A stretch of DNA of 63,382 nucleotides, counting the filler, from Octopus bimaculoides (taxonomy: Eukaryota), in NCBI RefSeq assembly GCF_001194135.2. It is 8 parts of 8 records of this genome, joined end to end, with 100 filler letters (N's around TTAATTAATTAA, not from the genome) between each part and the next. Parts side by side here need not be neighbours in the genome. Positions count along the whole stretch, not along the records: positions 36,220 to 43,317 come from NC_069000.1; positions 43,418 to 52,989 come from NC_068998.1; 6 more parts are not named here. One strand, written 5' to 3'. A program made the translations under genes and the position numbers. The notes under the pieces are model-generated. The model was not told the origin of the DNA, did not search any database, and saw only the letters and a list, made by a program, of their open reading frames with translations. This document shows, one piece after another, positions 36,120 to 47,013 of the stretch. The stretch's first letter is position 1. Each line of letters opens with the position of its first letter.

Positions 36120-37930
36120 NNNNNNNNNNNNNNNNNNNNNNNNNNNNNNNNNNNNNNNNNNNNTTAATTAATTAANNNNNNNNNNNNNNNNNNNNNNNNN
36201 NNNNNNNNNNNNNNNNNNNGCTGGCATTATGGTTTCATCCACAAGGATGTCATCGATGTACGAATTGGTGGCTCTTTTTACTCTGTTCACCTTTCCCAGG
36301 ATGGCCTTGAGAATTGTTGCCATAATTTTTGGCACCGAATTTAGCCCAAACCCTAGCCTGGTCAGACAGTATGCCGACTTCAAATTGACGATCGTGGAGG
36401 CTCCAGTCATATGCCTCCATTCTCGCAAGGTGTCCCCGCAGACATCCGTGGCCTCGCCGCCCGTATGACATGATATGTGGTCATTCAGCTCTCGGAAGTC
36501 AAGCACTGGTCTGACCTTATGCTTTGTGGGCTGTACTCCGCTCTCTACTTCTTCCCTCCTTAATCCTCCGCTCCACCTCCCCCTCGAACTCGCTTCTGGC
36601 ATCTCCTTTCAAAGTATGCTGGTAGCAGCCCACTTTATTTTTTAACGTCGGGGGCTCTCCCCTCCAGTGCCACTCCACTGTCCACCTCTGGCCATCGAAG
36701 GCGGCACGAAAATCCTGGTCTTCAATGGTGTGCGCGGCATAGTTTTCTTCGCGGTTCTCACCAATGCACGGTGTCGCCATACACGGTTTCCCCGCGACCC
36801 CAAAAGTCACAGCGGCCTCGTTGACAGTGACACCTGCTAAACGGGTGATTGCATCCATCCCCATCACCACGTCAATCTCATTCACCAAGTGGCCAACTAC
36901 AATTGCTTGCAGTGTCAGCTTTGTTCTCTGCACCACAATCTGCGCATCTGTAATGCCTTCACAGTGTACCTCTCTTCCGTCGACTGCCCTCACACTGCTT
37001 TCTCCACTCCACGTCTCTACCACTCCCGGAGTCATCAGGGTCGTCGTNNNNNNNNNNNNNNNNNNNNNNNNNNNNNNNNNNNNNNNNNNNNNNNNNNNNN
37101 NNNNNNNNNNNNNNNNNNNNNNNNNNNNNNNNNNNNNNNNNNNNNNNNNNNNNNNNNNNNNNNNNNNNNNNNNNNNNNNNNNNNNNNNNNNNNNNNNNNN
37201 NNNNNNNNNNNNNNNNNNNNNNNNNNNNNNNNNNNNNNNNNNNNNNNNNNNNNNNNNNNNNNNNNNNNNNNNNNNNNNNNNNNNNNNNNNNNNNNNNNNN
37301 NNNNNNNNNNNNNNNNNNNNNNNNNNNNNNNNNNNNNNNNNNNNNNNNNNNNNNNNNNNNNNNNNNNNNNNNNNNNNNNNNNNNNNNNNNNNNNNNNNNN
37401 NNNNNNNNNNNNNNNNNNNNNNNNNNNNNNNNNNNNNNNNNNNNNNNNNNNNNNNNNNNNNNNNNNNNNNNNNNNNNNNNNNNNNNNNNNNNNNNNNNNN
37501 NNNNNNNNNNNNNNNNNNNNNNNNNNNNNNNNNNNNNNNNNNNNNNNNNNNNNNNNNNNNNNNNNNNNNNNNNNNNNNNNNNNNNNNNNNNNNNNNNNNN
37601 NNNNNNNNNNNNNNNNNNNNNNNNNNNNNNNNNNNNNNNNNNNNNNNNNNNNNNNNNNNNNNNNNNNNNNNNNNNNNNNNNNNNNNNNNNNNNNNNNNNN
37701 NNNNNNNNNNNNNNNNNNNNNNNNNNNNNNNNNNNNNNNNNNNNNNNNNNNNNNNNNNNNNNNNNNNNNNNNNNNNNNNNNNNNNNNNNNNNNNNNNNNN
37801 NNNNNNNNNNNNNNNNNNNNNNNNNNNNNNNNNNNNNNNNNNNNNTAGCTACGCGACCACGTCCGTGTCACCGCAAAACGGTTTAATTACATCGTTAGAA
37901 ATCCGGACTACACTCATAATTTTTTTTTGT

Positions 37931-38237
37931 TGTTATGGGCCGAAATAGCTTGTGGAGTGATGGAGGAAAAAGACAAGAAGCAAAAGGCAGAATGAAACAC
38001 TAGGACCTTACCTCGACCGTGGCGGAATAAACGATCGCTCCAGATCAAAACACGTTTTCTTCGTAAGCTGTCTGTCTACTAACTGCCTCCACGTACTGGC
38101 TGTCGACCGCGTGTGGCCGACTTCCGGTCTGGCCCTTCCGGTCTGGCCCTTCCGGTCTTGCCCTTCCGGTCTGGCTTCACTTCCGTTTGCTTCATCTCTC
38201 TCCACCAATAACACATAGCTCATTACAGCCCATAACA
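37931..38237 (-). repeat. 307-bp LTR
   Basis: Bounded by 10-bp inverted termini TGTTATGGGC / GCCCATAACA (TG...CA). Confidence 0.8.
38121..38187 (-). promoter_or_regulatory. ETS-like CCGGAAG motif array in the LTR
   Basis: Four tandem 14-bp units cttccggtctggcc plus cacttccgtt. Function is inferred only. Confidence 0.4.
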
Positions 38238-38254
38238 CCACACTACTAAAATCT

Positions 38255-38870
38255 TTTTTTACATTAGGTGCACAGCTAAAGGATAATTTCAGGGTATGTC
38301 TTTTAAGTATTTTGTTGAATCTATTGGTATGGGGGAAGTGTCTATCAACTAGACTAAGGAAGATCTTACCTACTCCGGTCCTAACATTTAAAGAAAATGG
38401 CAGTGTGAACCACAGTACTTTCCGGTTGTGCTTTCTCTTGGTGGGGCTAGGGTCCAACATGTAACTAATACTAACCCTTGAAACTGCTGGCAGCCAGAGC
38501 CTGGTTGTAGTATGGGGCGGTAGCATCAAAGATCTCTTTGCTTGAAGACAAGCAGGTTCCTGAACACTATGGCAGGAACCTGTGTTAATGTAAGACAACT
38601 TTTCAGTTTCCTAAAGGGCCTACAGGTACCTGATTCCAGGTCCAGGGTTATGTCAAGGAAATCTTCGGGTTGGTCTCTATAGTGACCTTCTGTCTGAGGA
38701 AGTTCATGGTACTTGTGAGGTCCTTTCTAAGCTTATCTAGCATGTTAGCCCCTCTTGATATTGCTATTGCATCGTCCCTGTTAGTTGAAGGAAATTTCTT
38801 TTTTAGTATGTCTAGGATGAAGAGACCGACTAGGTCACTTATGTCCGCACTGTCAAAGACATGATCTTAG
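38255..38870 (-). mobile_element. Penelope-like element fragment (RT end and linker)
   Basis: DSADISDLVGLFIL..RDDAIA; APYYNQAL; RKHNRKVLWFTLPFSLNVRTGVGKIFLSLVDRHFP..ILKRHTLKLSFSC. Confidence 0.85.
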
Positions 38871-40038
38871 TTATTCAGAGTTACTACCCTCTTAGATGAC
38901 ATGGAGGATCATATTGTTCTCATACATTTCATTTTTGGCTTGGTTTCTAAGGCTGGATGCAGAAGATTAAAGGGTCTATGTTGTCTCTACACTTTCAGCA
39001 ACCACTTTATGGAATGTACTGGATGCAGTTTATCAATGCACTAATAACTGTGAGGTTTCCTTGTGATATGCAAGACAAAAGAGTTCTCACTACATAATGA
39101 CATTTTCATTTAACAAGTTTCAAGAAGGTAGATAGAAGAGCAATGTATGTGTGTGGAAACAGCAAGAGTATGGTGGCAGACATGGAGTGACTGTGGTGAA
39201 AGGATGGTAAAAAGAATGGATGAATGGATGGTAAAAAGAGTGAGTGATGAACTGTAATAACAATTGATGTCCTCTTCCTAATATGGAAATACCATATATA
39301 CTCAGCCTATAAGTCGCACACTTTTTTCCCTGAAATTTTCACCTAAAGTTGGGGGGTGTGACTTATAAGTGCATCCTAGAAAATATCTTCAGATATTTTC
39401 TAGGTACAAGCCATGTCTGAAGTTCTGACACTTGGAATACTGATGAAACCCAAATCGCTAATTCCGAAACCAAGAAGTACATGGAAGACAATCTTTAGAT
39501 ATTTCTTTATATATTTCTTTACTTCTGTTAGTATGAAATAAACAATCAATTTTAAAAAAGTGAGTTTAATGCTTGTTAGTTTTTGCACCATACCTGTCTT
39601 TCTTTAATTGGACGCCATATTAATTGTTAACATGAAGAGAAAAGCTGAAAGTTGTTGAATACGCAAAGTCACATTTGAATCAAGCTGCAGAAAGAGAATT
39701 TGAGGTCTCAAAAAAAAATGGTCAGGGATTGGTGTTTGAAAGAGAAAATCAAATCCGTTGATATCAAATCGGTAAAGAAAATTAGGATAGGAATGAGTTC
39801 CAATGCAGAGATGGAGACTATTATGAGAGACTGAGTGACTGAACCAAGCACGAATGGATTTGTCGTCACGAGAAACATCATTAGATTGCGGGCTCTCCAA
39901 GTGACTAAAGAACATGGTATATCCGACTTTAAAGCATTTTCTGGCTGGTGTACGAGGTTTATGAAACGCCACAATCTTACGCTGAGACAGAGGACTCATA
40001 TCGCACAGAAATTACCTGCCAATGTAGAGAGCAAAAGT

Positions 40039-41116
40039 GGGCGATCAAACGATATAACTCGTAAAAATGTCACTTTTGATCAGCAGTTTAGGTACAGCGT
40101 TCGGTAAATCTTTTAAAAAAATTTTGTTTATTTATTTTTGTGGGTGGAAATTGACATTGTCTTTGGAGGTAGCATAAAGTGAAAGAAAGAGGAAATGGAC
40201 ATGGACATGTGCAAAATGATGATAGGGTGGGGTGCGAGACAGAAAGTGTGTATTGTGTGTGTGTAAGAGAGAGAGAGAGTGTGTGTGTGTGTGTGTGTGN
40301 NNNNNNNNNNNNNNNNNNNNNNNNNNNNNNNNNNNNNNNNNNNNNNNNNNNNNNNNNNNNNNNNNNNNNNNNNNNNNNNNNNNNNNNNNNNNNNNNNNNN
40401 NNNNNNNNNNNNNNNNNNNNNNNNNNNNNNNNNNNNNNNNNNNNNNNNNNNNNNNNNNNNNNNNNNNNNNNNNNNNNNNNNNNNNNNNNNNNNNNNNNNN
40501 NNNNNNNNNNNNNNNNNNNNNNNNNNNNNNNNNNNNNNNNNNNNNNNNNNNNNNNNNNNNNNNNNNNNNNNNNNNNNNNNNNNNNNNNNNNNNNNNNNNN
40601 NNNNNNNNNNNNNNNNNNNNNNNNNNNNNNNNNNNNNNNNNNNNNNNNNNNNNNNNNNNNNNNNNNNNNNNNNNNNNNNNNNNNNNNNNNNNNNNNNNNN
40701 NNNNNNNNNNNNNNNNNNNNNNNNNNNNNNNNNNNNNNNNNNNNNNNNNNNNNNNNNNNNNNNNNNNNNNNNNNNNNNNNNNNNNNNNNNNNNNNNNNNN
40801 NNNNNNNNNNNNNNNNNNNNNNNNNNNNNNNNNNNNNNNNNNNNNNNNNNNNNNNNNNNNNNNNNNNNNNNNNNNNNNNNNNNNNNNNNNNNNNNNNNNN
40901 NNNNNNNNNNNNNNNNNNNNNNNNNNNNNNNNNNNNNNNNNNNNNNNNNNNNNNNNNNNNNNNNNNNNNNNNNNNNNNNNNNNNNNNNGACTTCAAAGAA
41001 AATGTACATTTCCACCTACAAAAATTTTTTTTAAAAATTTGCGGAATTTACCGAACGCCGTATGGTAACAGATGAGATGCACGTACACGCCTTCGAGTCA
41101 AATCGAAAGATTGCCC
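40039..41116. mobile_element. Insertion in the pogo ORF with GGGC termini and 5-bp TSD (AAAGT)
   Basis: gggcgatcaaacgat / atcgaaagattgccc imperfect TIRs. AAAGT at 40034-38 and 41117-21. Host reads ..NVESK | KVASFPQYVIDLRK... Confidence 0.7.
40095..41060. mobile_element. Inner inverted-repeat element flanked by TA
   Basis: c(a/g)gcgttcggtaaat...ttttgt(g/a)ggtggaaat.(g/t)acatt.tctttg arms of about 75 bp, TA at 40093-94 and 41061-62. The interior is mostly gap. Confidence 0.75.
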
Positions 41117-43417
41117 AAAGTTGCTTCCTTCCCTCAGTATGTAATAGACTTACGAAAGAGCCACGAGTTAGCCTTGGAAGCAATCGGTAATATGGACAGG
41201 ACACCCTTTTTTTCGATAAGGTTGGAACCCGGACAGTCGACGTTAAAGGGAAAAACACAATTTCGGTAAGAACTACGGGGAGCGACAAGGTCCACTTCAC
41301 CGCAATTTTGGCTTGTATGGCTAACGGTACGAAAATTACCCCGGTTGTTGTTTTCAAAAGACTTTCCCGAAAGAGAAGTTCCCGAAGTACATAGTGGTGT
41401 ATGTTCAAGAGAAAGGTAGGGTGGATGAAACTGTATTGACGAACTGGTTAAACGACTTGTGGTTCAAAGCGCCTAGGGGCTATGCTTAATTCAAAGTCGC
41501 TTCTTGTATGGAATATGTTCAGGGCTCATCTGATCGACAGCATAAAAAATAGATTAAAGGGGCGTCGTACCTTCTAAGCTGTGATTCCAGGTGGATGTAC
41601 ATCTGTGCTTCAGCCACTCGAAGTGTGCCAAGTGGAACGAATGTATGATTAATGGTGACAAGGAAATGACAAAGGCTGGGAACTTCAAACGCCCTAACCT
41701 TAAGACTGTTTGCCAGTGGGTAATAGATTCATGAGCTGAAATACTGAGTGAACTTATGATAAAATCATTTTTGAAGTGCAGGATCTCAAAGTCCATGGAT
41801 GGTACAGAAGACGACGAGCTATATGACGATTTCGTCTGTGCAAGAAATGTTAGCCCCAGTGCTTCATCAGTTACTGAAGATCAGACAAGTGAAGACGAGG
41901 AGTTTTACCAGTTATTTGGTGAAAATGATGATGACAGTGATGATTAATATAACTCGATTCTTCCGATTGTTGTCACAATGTTTCATACACTTCCTTACAA
42001 TTTAAAATAGTTTATTTTTTCCCAATCATAACACGTATGACTGCATGGTTTTGTGCATCCGTTGCTGCTAAAGTGTCCTAATAATGAAAGGAATAACTCA
42101 AAAAGTAAAGGGAAAGTATCAAGGCAATTAAGTCTCAAAACGTTATCAAGGATAAAATTTACATAATAAACAATGGTTTCTAAAATGCATAGACTTAATG
42201 GGATAACAGTTGTTGTAAGTCATCTTCAGCTTACTGAAAGCTCGGTTGCTGAACAACAACTATATCGGCACGATTCCTAATCGAAATTTGATCAAAAAAG
42301 TCGCTGCGACTTATTGTCGGATCAATGATAAAATTCCTGATTTGAACCTTGTAAGCTGGAGGTGCGTCTTATAGGCTAGGGTGTTTTATAGTCTAGTATA
42401 TATACGGTAGATAAAAGTAAAAAAGTAAGCCACTCTACTTAGCTTTGTAGATCTGAAGGTTTTTTTAAACAAAGTTTCTTGCTCTGTAGTCTTCTAGTCC
42501 CTAGGGTAACTAGGACTAGATTAATGGCTTGTGAAATTTGAGTCAGCCATATTTGGAGGTGCTCTCAGAAAAGTGAAGGCTAATACTGAGTTCAGTGGGA
42601 AATTTAGCATGCAACCTAGGTATATCAAAGCTTTTTCTGAATCTCTTTCTGTTTATTACAGTCCTCCAACCCATAGTAGAGGAATTTAAGACCAGTTCTC
42701 TAGGGAAATTCTTGTGTCAGTTACTAGTTCTCGTAGCTTAAGAGAAGATTTCCAAAACTTGTAAGCAAATTAAGCAAATAGAATTTAGAGGCCTCTAAGT
42801 AAACTTAAGGAAAATCTACAGATTTAGTTAGCAAGCTTTTCTCTTTCTCTCTCCATCTGTCCCTCTCTATCTAATTTACTGTAAAGACAATAACTTGAAT
42901 ATACTACATCTGTACTATAATGGAGAAAGCTGCTTAGGTATGTAACAATTACTAAAAGTACTTAAAAAAAGCAATTATTAAAGGGTTGAACGTCTGGAAA
43001 TATTTTTATAAATTCATGTTCTAAGAAATTTCCTATAATTTCGATTTCTCAAAGTTTCTTGAATTTTTTAAACTCCAGTTTCTCGTAAATTTAAATATTA
43101 CTACGCCCAATTCACAAATTTAAATATTCATTGCATTCACTGCTGAGTATTCCATTCTAATTTGCAAAGTCTCTCACTTTGTCTTTTAAGTTTTCATTCA
43201 CTATTCGGAAAACCGACAGTTTATTAATGTATACGTAATACATTATTTAGGTTAATGTTTACATCTTGACCCAGAAATGAAAATAAAAAAAAGTGGAATG
43301 GGTGTAAAACAATGTGTNNNNNNNNNNNNNNNNNNNNNNNNNNNNNNNNNNNNNNNNNNNNTTAATTAATTAANNNNNNNNNNNNNNNNNNNNNNNNNNN
43401 NNNNNNNNNNNNNNNNN

Positions 43418-43456
<39 letters not shown>

Positions 43457-43668
43457 GTATGTATGTATGTATGTATATATGTATGTATGTGTATCTTTTC
43501 AATGCGTAAAAATAACAAGGAATAAATAAATAAATAGTTACTAAGGTATCAAAAATTCACATAAGTGCGAAGGATATTACAGCTTACTTATAAAGGGAGA
43601 CATTCCAGGGTTAAGTAAAATGTTTTTGTATGACATGGATAACGCAGGTGTTATTCAAACCGTTTATA

Positions 43669-43757
43669 CTTCCAACATATGTTTCGAAGAAAGCATTGAG
43701 ATTATTCCGGAAGGCATAAAAGTGATGTAAAACAATACAATCATCTTGTCAGGGAAA
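43669..43757 (-). ncRNA. Candidate type-I hammerhead in the 3' pseudo-LTR
   Basis: UUUCC-CUGACaA-[long stem II]-GAAA-CAUAUG-UU-GGAAG: stem I UUUCC/GGAAG, palindromic ACAUAUGU, one core mismatch (G8A). Confidence 0.6.
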
Positions 43758-45190
43758 AAAAAAAGAGAAATAAAACACATCAATACGCCACTTTAACCGC
43801 TAGCAAGTTAATTAAAAAAAAGAACGTTAATAAATTTAACGTCAAAGGTAATTTAGAGAAAGAGAAGGAGGAGAAAGAAAGAAATTAACAGAAAATTATG
43901 AGTGGGAAAATATAGTGTGATAGATGAATGGGAATAAAGTTTAAAAGCATGGAAATAGATATATGTAGTGGAAATGAAATGTAAGAAGACAGTTAAAGGT
44001 TGAATTTCATAGATTGGTAGAAATTACTTATAGGAACTAAAGTTATGTTTTTGCCAACGATAAACGATGAGAAATTGCTCCTCGTTACAGAACAGACAGA
44101 AAGATTTACCCTTGTCATATGAGAAGGATCTAGATAGAATTTTTCATTCCAAATCGAATTGTATATTATGTTCCGTGTGAGACCAAATTAATTTACTAAG
44201 CCAGTATTGTTGCGTTTATTGATATCTCTAAATGTAGAGTAACTGTTAGATATTCTTTTCGACAACTGAGACGATGAGCTACCTCTATAAAAAAAAGACA
44301 TCAGAACCGGAAGTAATTTTACATTGATAAACAGAGTTTCTAGTCTTAGAATTACTACTAAGGAAACGAATACAATTCGAATTTATATCAGAAGTATTAA
44401 TATTGTTATTATTGTTCAAAGAATGTTTAACGTTAATAATATCACTGTTATTATTTTCATTAAATAGATTTGTATTTAACAACTTGTAGTTATGCGAAGA
44501 AATGATTTGTGAAAGGTTTTTAGTGTTTGAAAACCTATCCTAATTCGGTGTGAATTGATAATGGAATGGTATCTGGTATCTGGTCTTCATCTGTAAGTCA
44601 TATTTCTCCTTAATTTTCTTAGTCTCAAGGTTGGCTTTCCCGATAGCACTTTTACTAGTAATCTTGTAATTCTTTTGTATTTCTTTCCTAAGCAATTCTA
44701 TGTAGTAATCATTGGTAAGTCTGTATATTTTCCTGTTTTATCAGATTGAACCAGTATCCCATCAATGTTGTGAATTTCTTTGTTGATATTGTGAAGATAC
44801 TTCAGATGTTTATTCCTTAAGGGTGAACGATGGAATTTCACATTCCTCACGATAGAACAGAGATCGTCTTCAAACTGTTTCAATCTTGGGTTAGGTGGAG
44901 GATTGTTTTTAGAGTTAAACAATTTGCTGAATTCAGAAGTTAAATCGTTAGAAGGTTGTTTAATGCCTTTATTCTCGAAGAAGAAAGCAAGCCATCTAAT
45001 ACGGTTAATAAAGGAGTTAGTCTTACTAATGAGTGGTTTAAAGAAAACTTCTCTTGGAGGGAATGGGTATATCCTTAAGAGATGCATTTATATTAAATAA
45101 CTCCATATGTGGTAACTATTTTATTTGCAGGTTATATGGAAACCTGGTTGAAGAAGTGTATATTAATGTATGTGTAATTTTTAAATGTGT

Positions 45191-45586
45191 GCAAATGGCT
45201 GTTTGGTAAGTATCTTGCTTACTAACCGCATGGTACCGGGTTCAGTCACACTGCGTAGCACCTTGGGTAAGTGTCTTCTACTATAGCCTCGGTCCGACCA
45301 AAGCCTTGTGAGTGGATTTGGTAGACGGAAACTGAAAGAAGCTCGTCGTATATATGTATATATATATGTGTGTGTGTATGTGTGTTTGAGTGTCTGTGTT
45401 TGTCCCCCACCATCGCTTGACAACCGATGCTGGTGTGTTTACGTCCCCGTAACTTAGCGGTTCGGCAAAAAGAGACCGATAGAATTAGTACAAAGCTTAC
45501 AAAGAATAAGTCCTGGGTCGATTTGCTCGACTAAAGGCAGTGCTCCAGCATAGCCGCAGTCAAATGACTGAAACAAGTAAAAGAGT
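45191..45586 (+). mobile_element. SINE family A inserted in the PLE leader
   Basis: Near-full-length copy between the PLE ATG and its 5' pseudo-LTR. Confidence 0.9.
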
Positions 45587-45728
45587 GTAGCAAAAATTCT
45601 CATAAGTGCCAAGGATGTTACAGCCTACTTATAAAGGGAGAAATTCCAGGGTTAAGTGAAATGTCTTTGTATAACATGGATAAATTACGAGATGGTGTCA
45701 AACGCAGGTGTTATTCAAATCATTTATA

Positions 45729-45815
45729 CTTCCAACATATTTCGAAGAAAGCATTGAGATTATTCCGGAGGGAATAAAAATGATGTAAAACAATGCAATC
45801 ATCACGCCAGGGAAA
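45729..45815 (-). ncRNA. Degenerate hammerhead in the 5' pseudo-LTR
   Basis: Paralog of 43669-43757. Core reads CUGgCGu and stem III has a 2-nt deletion, but stem II is better paired (GAUGAUUGCAUUG/CAAUGCUUUCUUC). Confidence 0.5.
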
Positions 45816-46157
45816 AAGTGAAACAAAACACATCAATAAGCCATTTTAACCGAATGTGATTACTGCGTATCCGATGAAGGGGAACGTTAGCAAGTTATTT
45901 TTTAAAATACTGCTATCATGTGTGTGTAAAAACAAATGGTAAGTGCTGTTAAGCCATAACGAGGTGAAGTGGTGAACGCTCTCGTTGCTGACACGTGACC
46001 AGCGGTTATCTTTCTTTCTTCTCCTTGCCTTACAAGAGACAGCACACATTTTTACCTGTCTCCTGTTAAAGCTCGTTTCTCCAGCATTCTTGACGTCCTG
46101 TACCCGTATATGCATGTGTGTATACATATATATGTATGTACATATGTGTATATATGC

Positions 46158-46742
46158 ATTTATACTCTTTACTCTCTCTTTTACTTGTTTCAGTCATTTG
46201 ACTGTGGCCATGCTGGAGCACCGCCTTAAGTCGAGTAAATCGACCCCAGGACTTATTCTTTGGATGCCTAATACTTATTCTATCGGTCTCTTTTGCCGAA
46301 CTGCTAAGTTACGGGGACGTAAACACACCACCATCGGTTGTCAAGCGATGTTGGGGGGACAAACACAGACACACATACACAGACATACATACATATATAT
46401 ACACACACACACACACATATATNNNNNNNNNNNNNNNNNNNNNNNNNNNNNNNNNNNNNNNNNNNNNNNNNNNNNNNNNNNNNNNNNNNNNNNNNNNNNN
46501 NNNNNNNNNNNNNNNNNNNNNNNNNNNNNNNNNNNNNNNNNNNNNNNNNNNNNNNNNNNNNNNNATATATATATATATATACATATATACGACAGGCTTC
46601 TTTCAGTTTCCGTCTACCAAATCCACTCACAAGGCTTTGGTCGGCCCGAGGCTATAGTAGAAGACACTTGCCCAAGGTGCCACGCAGTGGGAATGAACCC
46701 GGAACCATGTGGTTGGTAAGCAAGCTACTTACCACACAGCCG
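46158..46742 (-). mobile_element. SINE family A, near full length (internal gap)
   Basis: Reverse complement of tail, core and head. Confidence 0.9.
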
Positions 46743-46789
46743 TTATATATATATAATACCAGCTCTTGAGAAAATCAGAAAGAGCCTGC

Positions 46790-47013
46790 ATAACCCTAAT
46801 AACTGCATTTAAGAATATCACTAAAATAGCCAATTTCCTTGACACAACGTTATATTCCCCGTACTATAAGCATAATGAATATCTAAAATATATCAATGTT
46901 CATTTCAATCACCAAAGATCTGTTTTTGATAATATAATTAAGGGTATTTCAATTGGAATTTCTGATCTGTCCGCAACGGAGGACATATTTAATAACCACG
47001 CTACCTATTATAA
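46790..47013 (+). mobile_element. Penelope-like RT thumb fragment
   Basis: ANFLDTTL..YSPYYKHNEYLKYINVHFNH..IIKGISIGISDLSATEDIFNNHATYYN. Confidence 0.8.

Larger units (their letters stand above)
36219..38237 (-). mobile_element. Gypsy-like LTR retrotransposon, 5' part (LTR, gag start, protease, RT)
   Basis: LTR 37931-38237; gag ATG at 37917 (MSVVRISNDVIKPFCGDTDVVA*L); protease-like IDVVMGMDAI; RT VRPVLDFRELN..NLKSAY/CLTRLGFGL..SYIDDILV, with an internal RT deletion and a frameshift. Confidence 0.85.
39292..42407 (+). mobile_element. Decayed pogo/Tc2-like (CENP-B HTH plus DDE_1) transposon
   Basis: TIRs cc(a/g)tatata..ta..ctataa with TA TSDs (39290-91, 42408-09); FKAFSGWCTRFMKRHNLTLRQRTHIAQKLP; IGNMDRTP; VIPGGCTSVLQPL; acidic C-terminus. 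Confidence 0.9.
43551..45905 (-). mobile_element. RT-deleted Penelope-like element flanked by direct pseudo-LTRs
   Basis: Direct repeats at 43551-43820 and 45592-45905; ATG 45106 MELFNINASLKDIPIP; RIRWLAFFF; SDKTGK; then a jump near 44570-44585 to the post-RT linker and GIY-YIG remnant (SVYQCKIT..YRG; CLFCNEE). Confidence 0.85.

Noticed and set aside
42430-43230. Possible old LINE remnant
   Set aside because: No diagnostic motif could be read in any frame.
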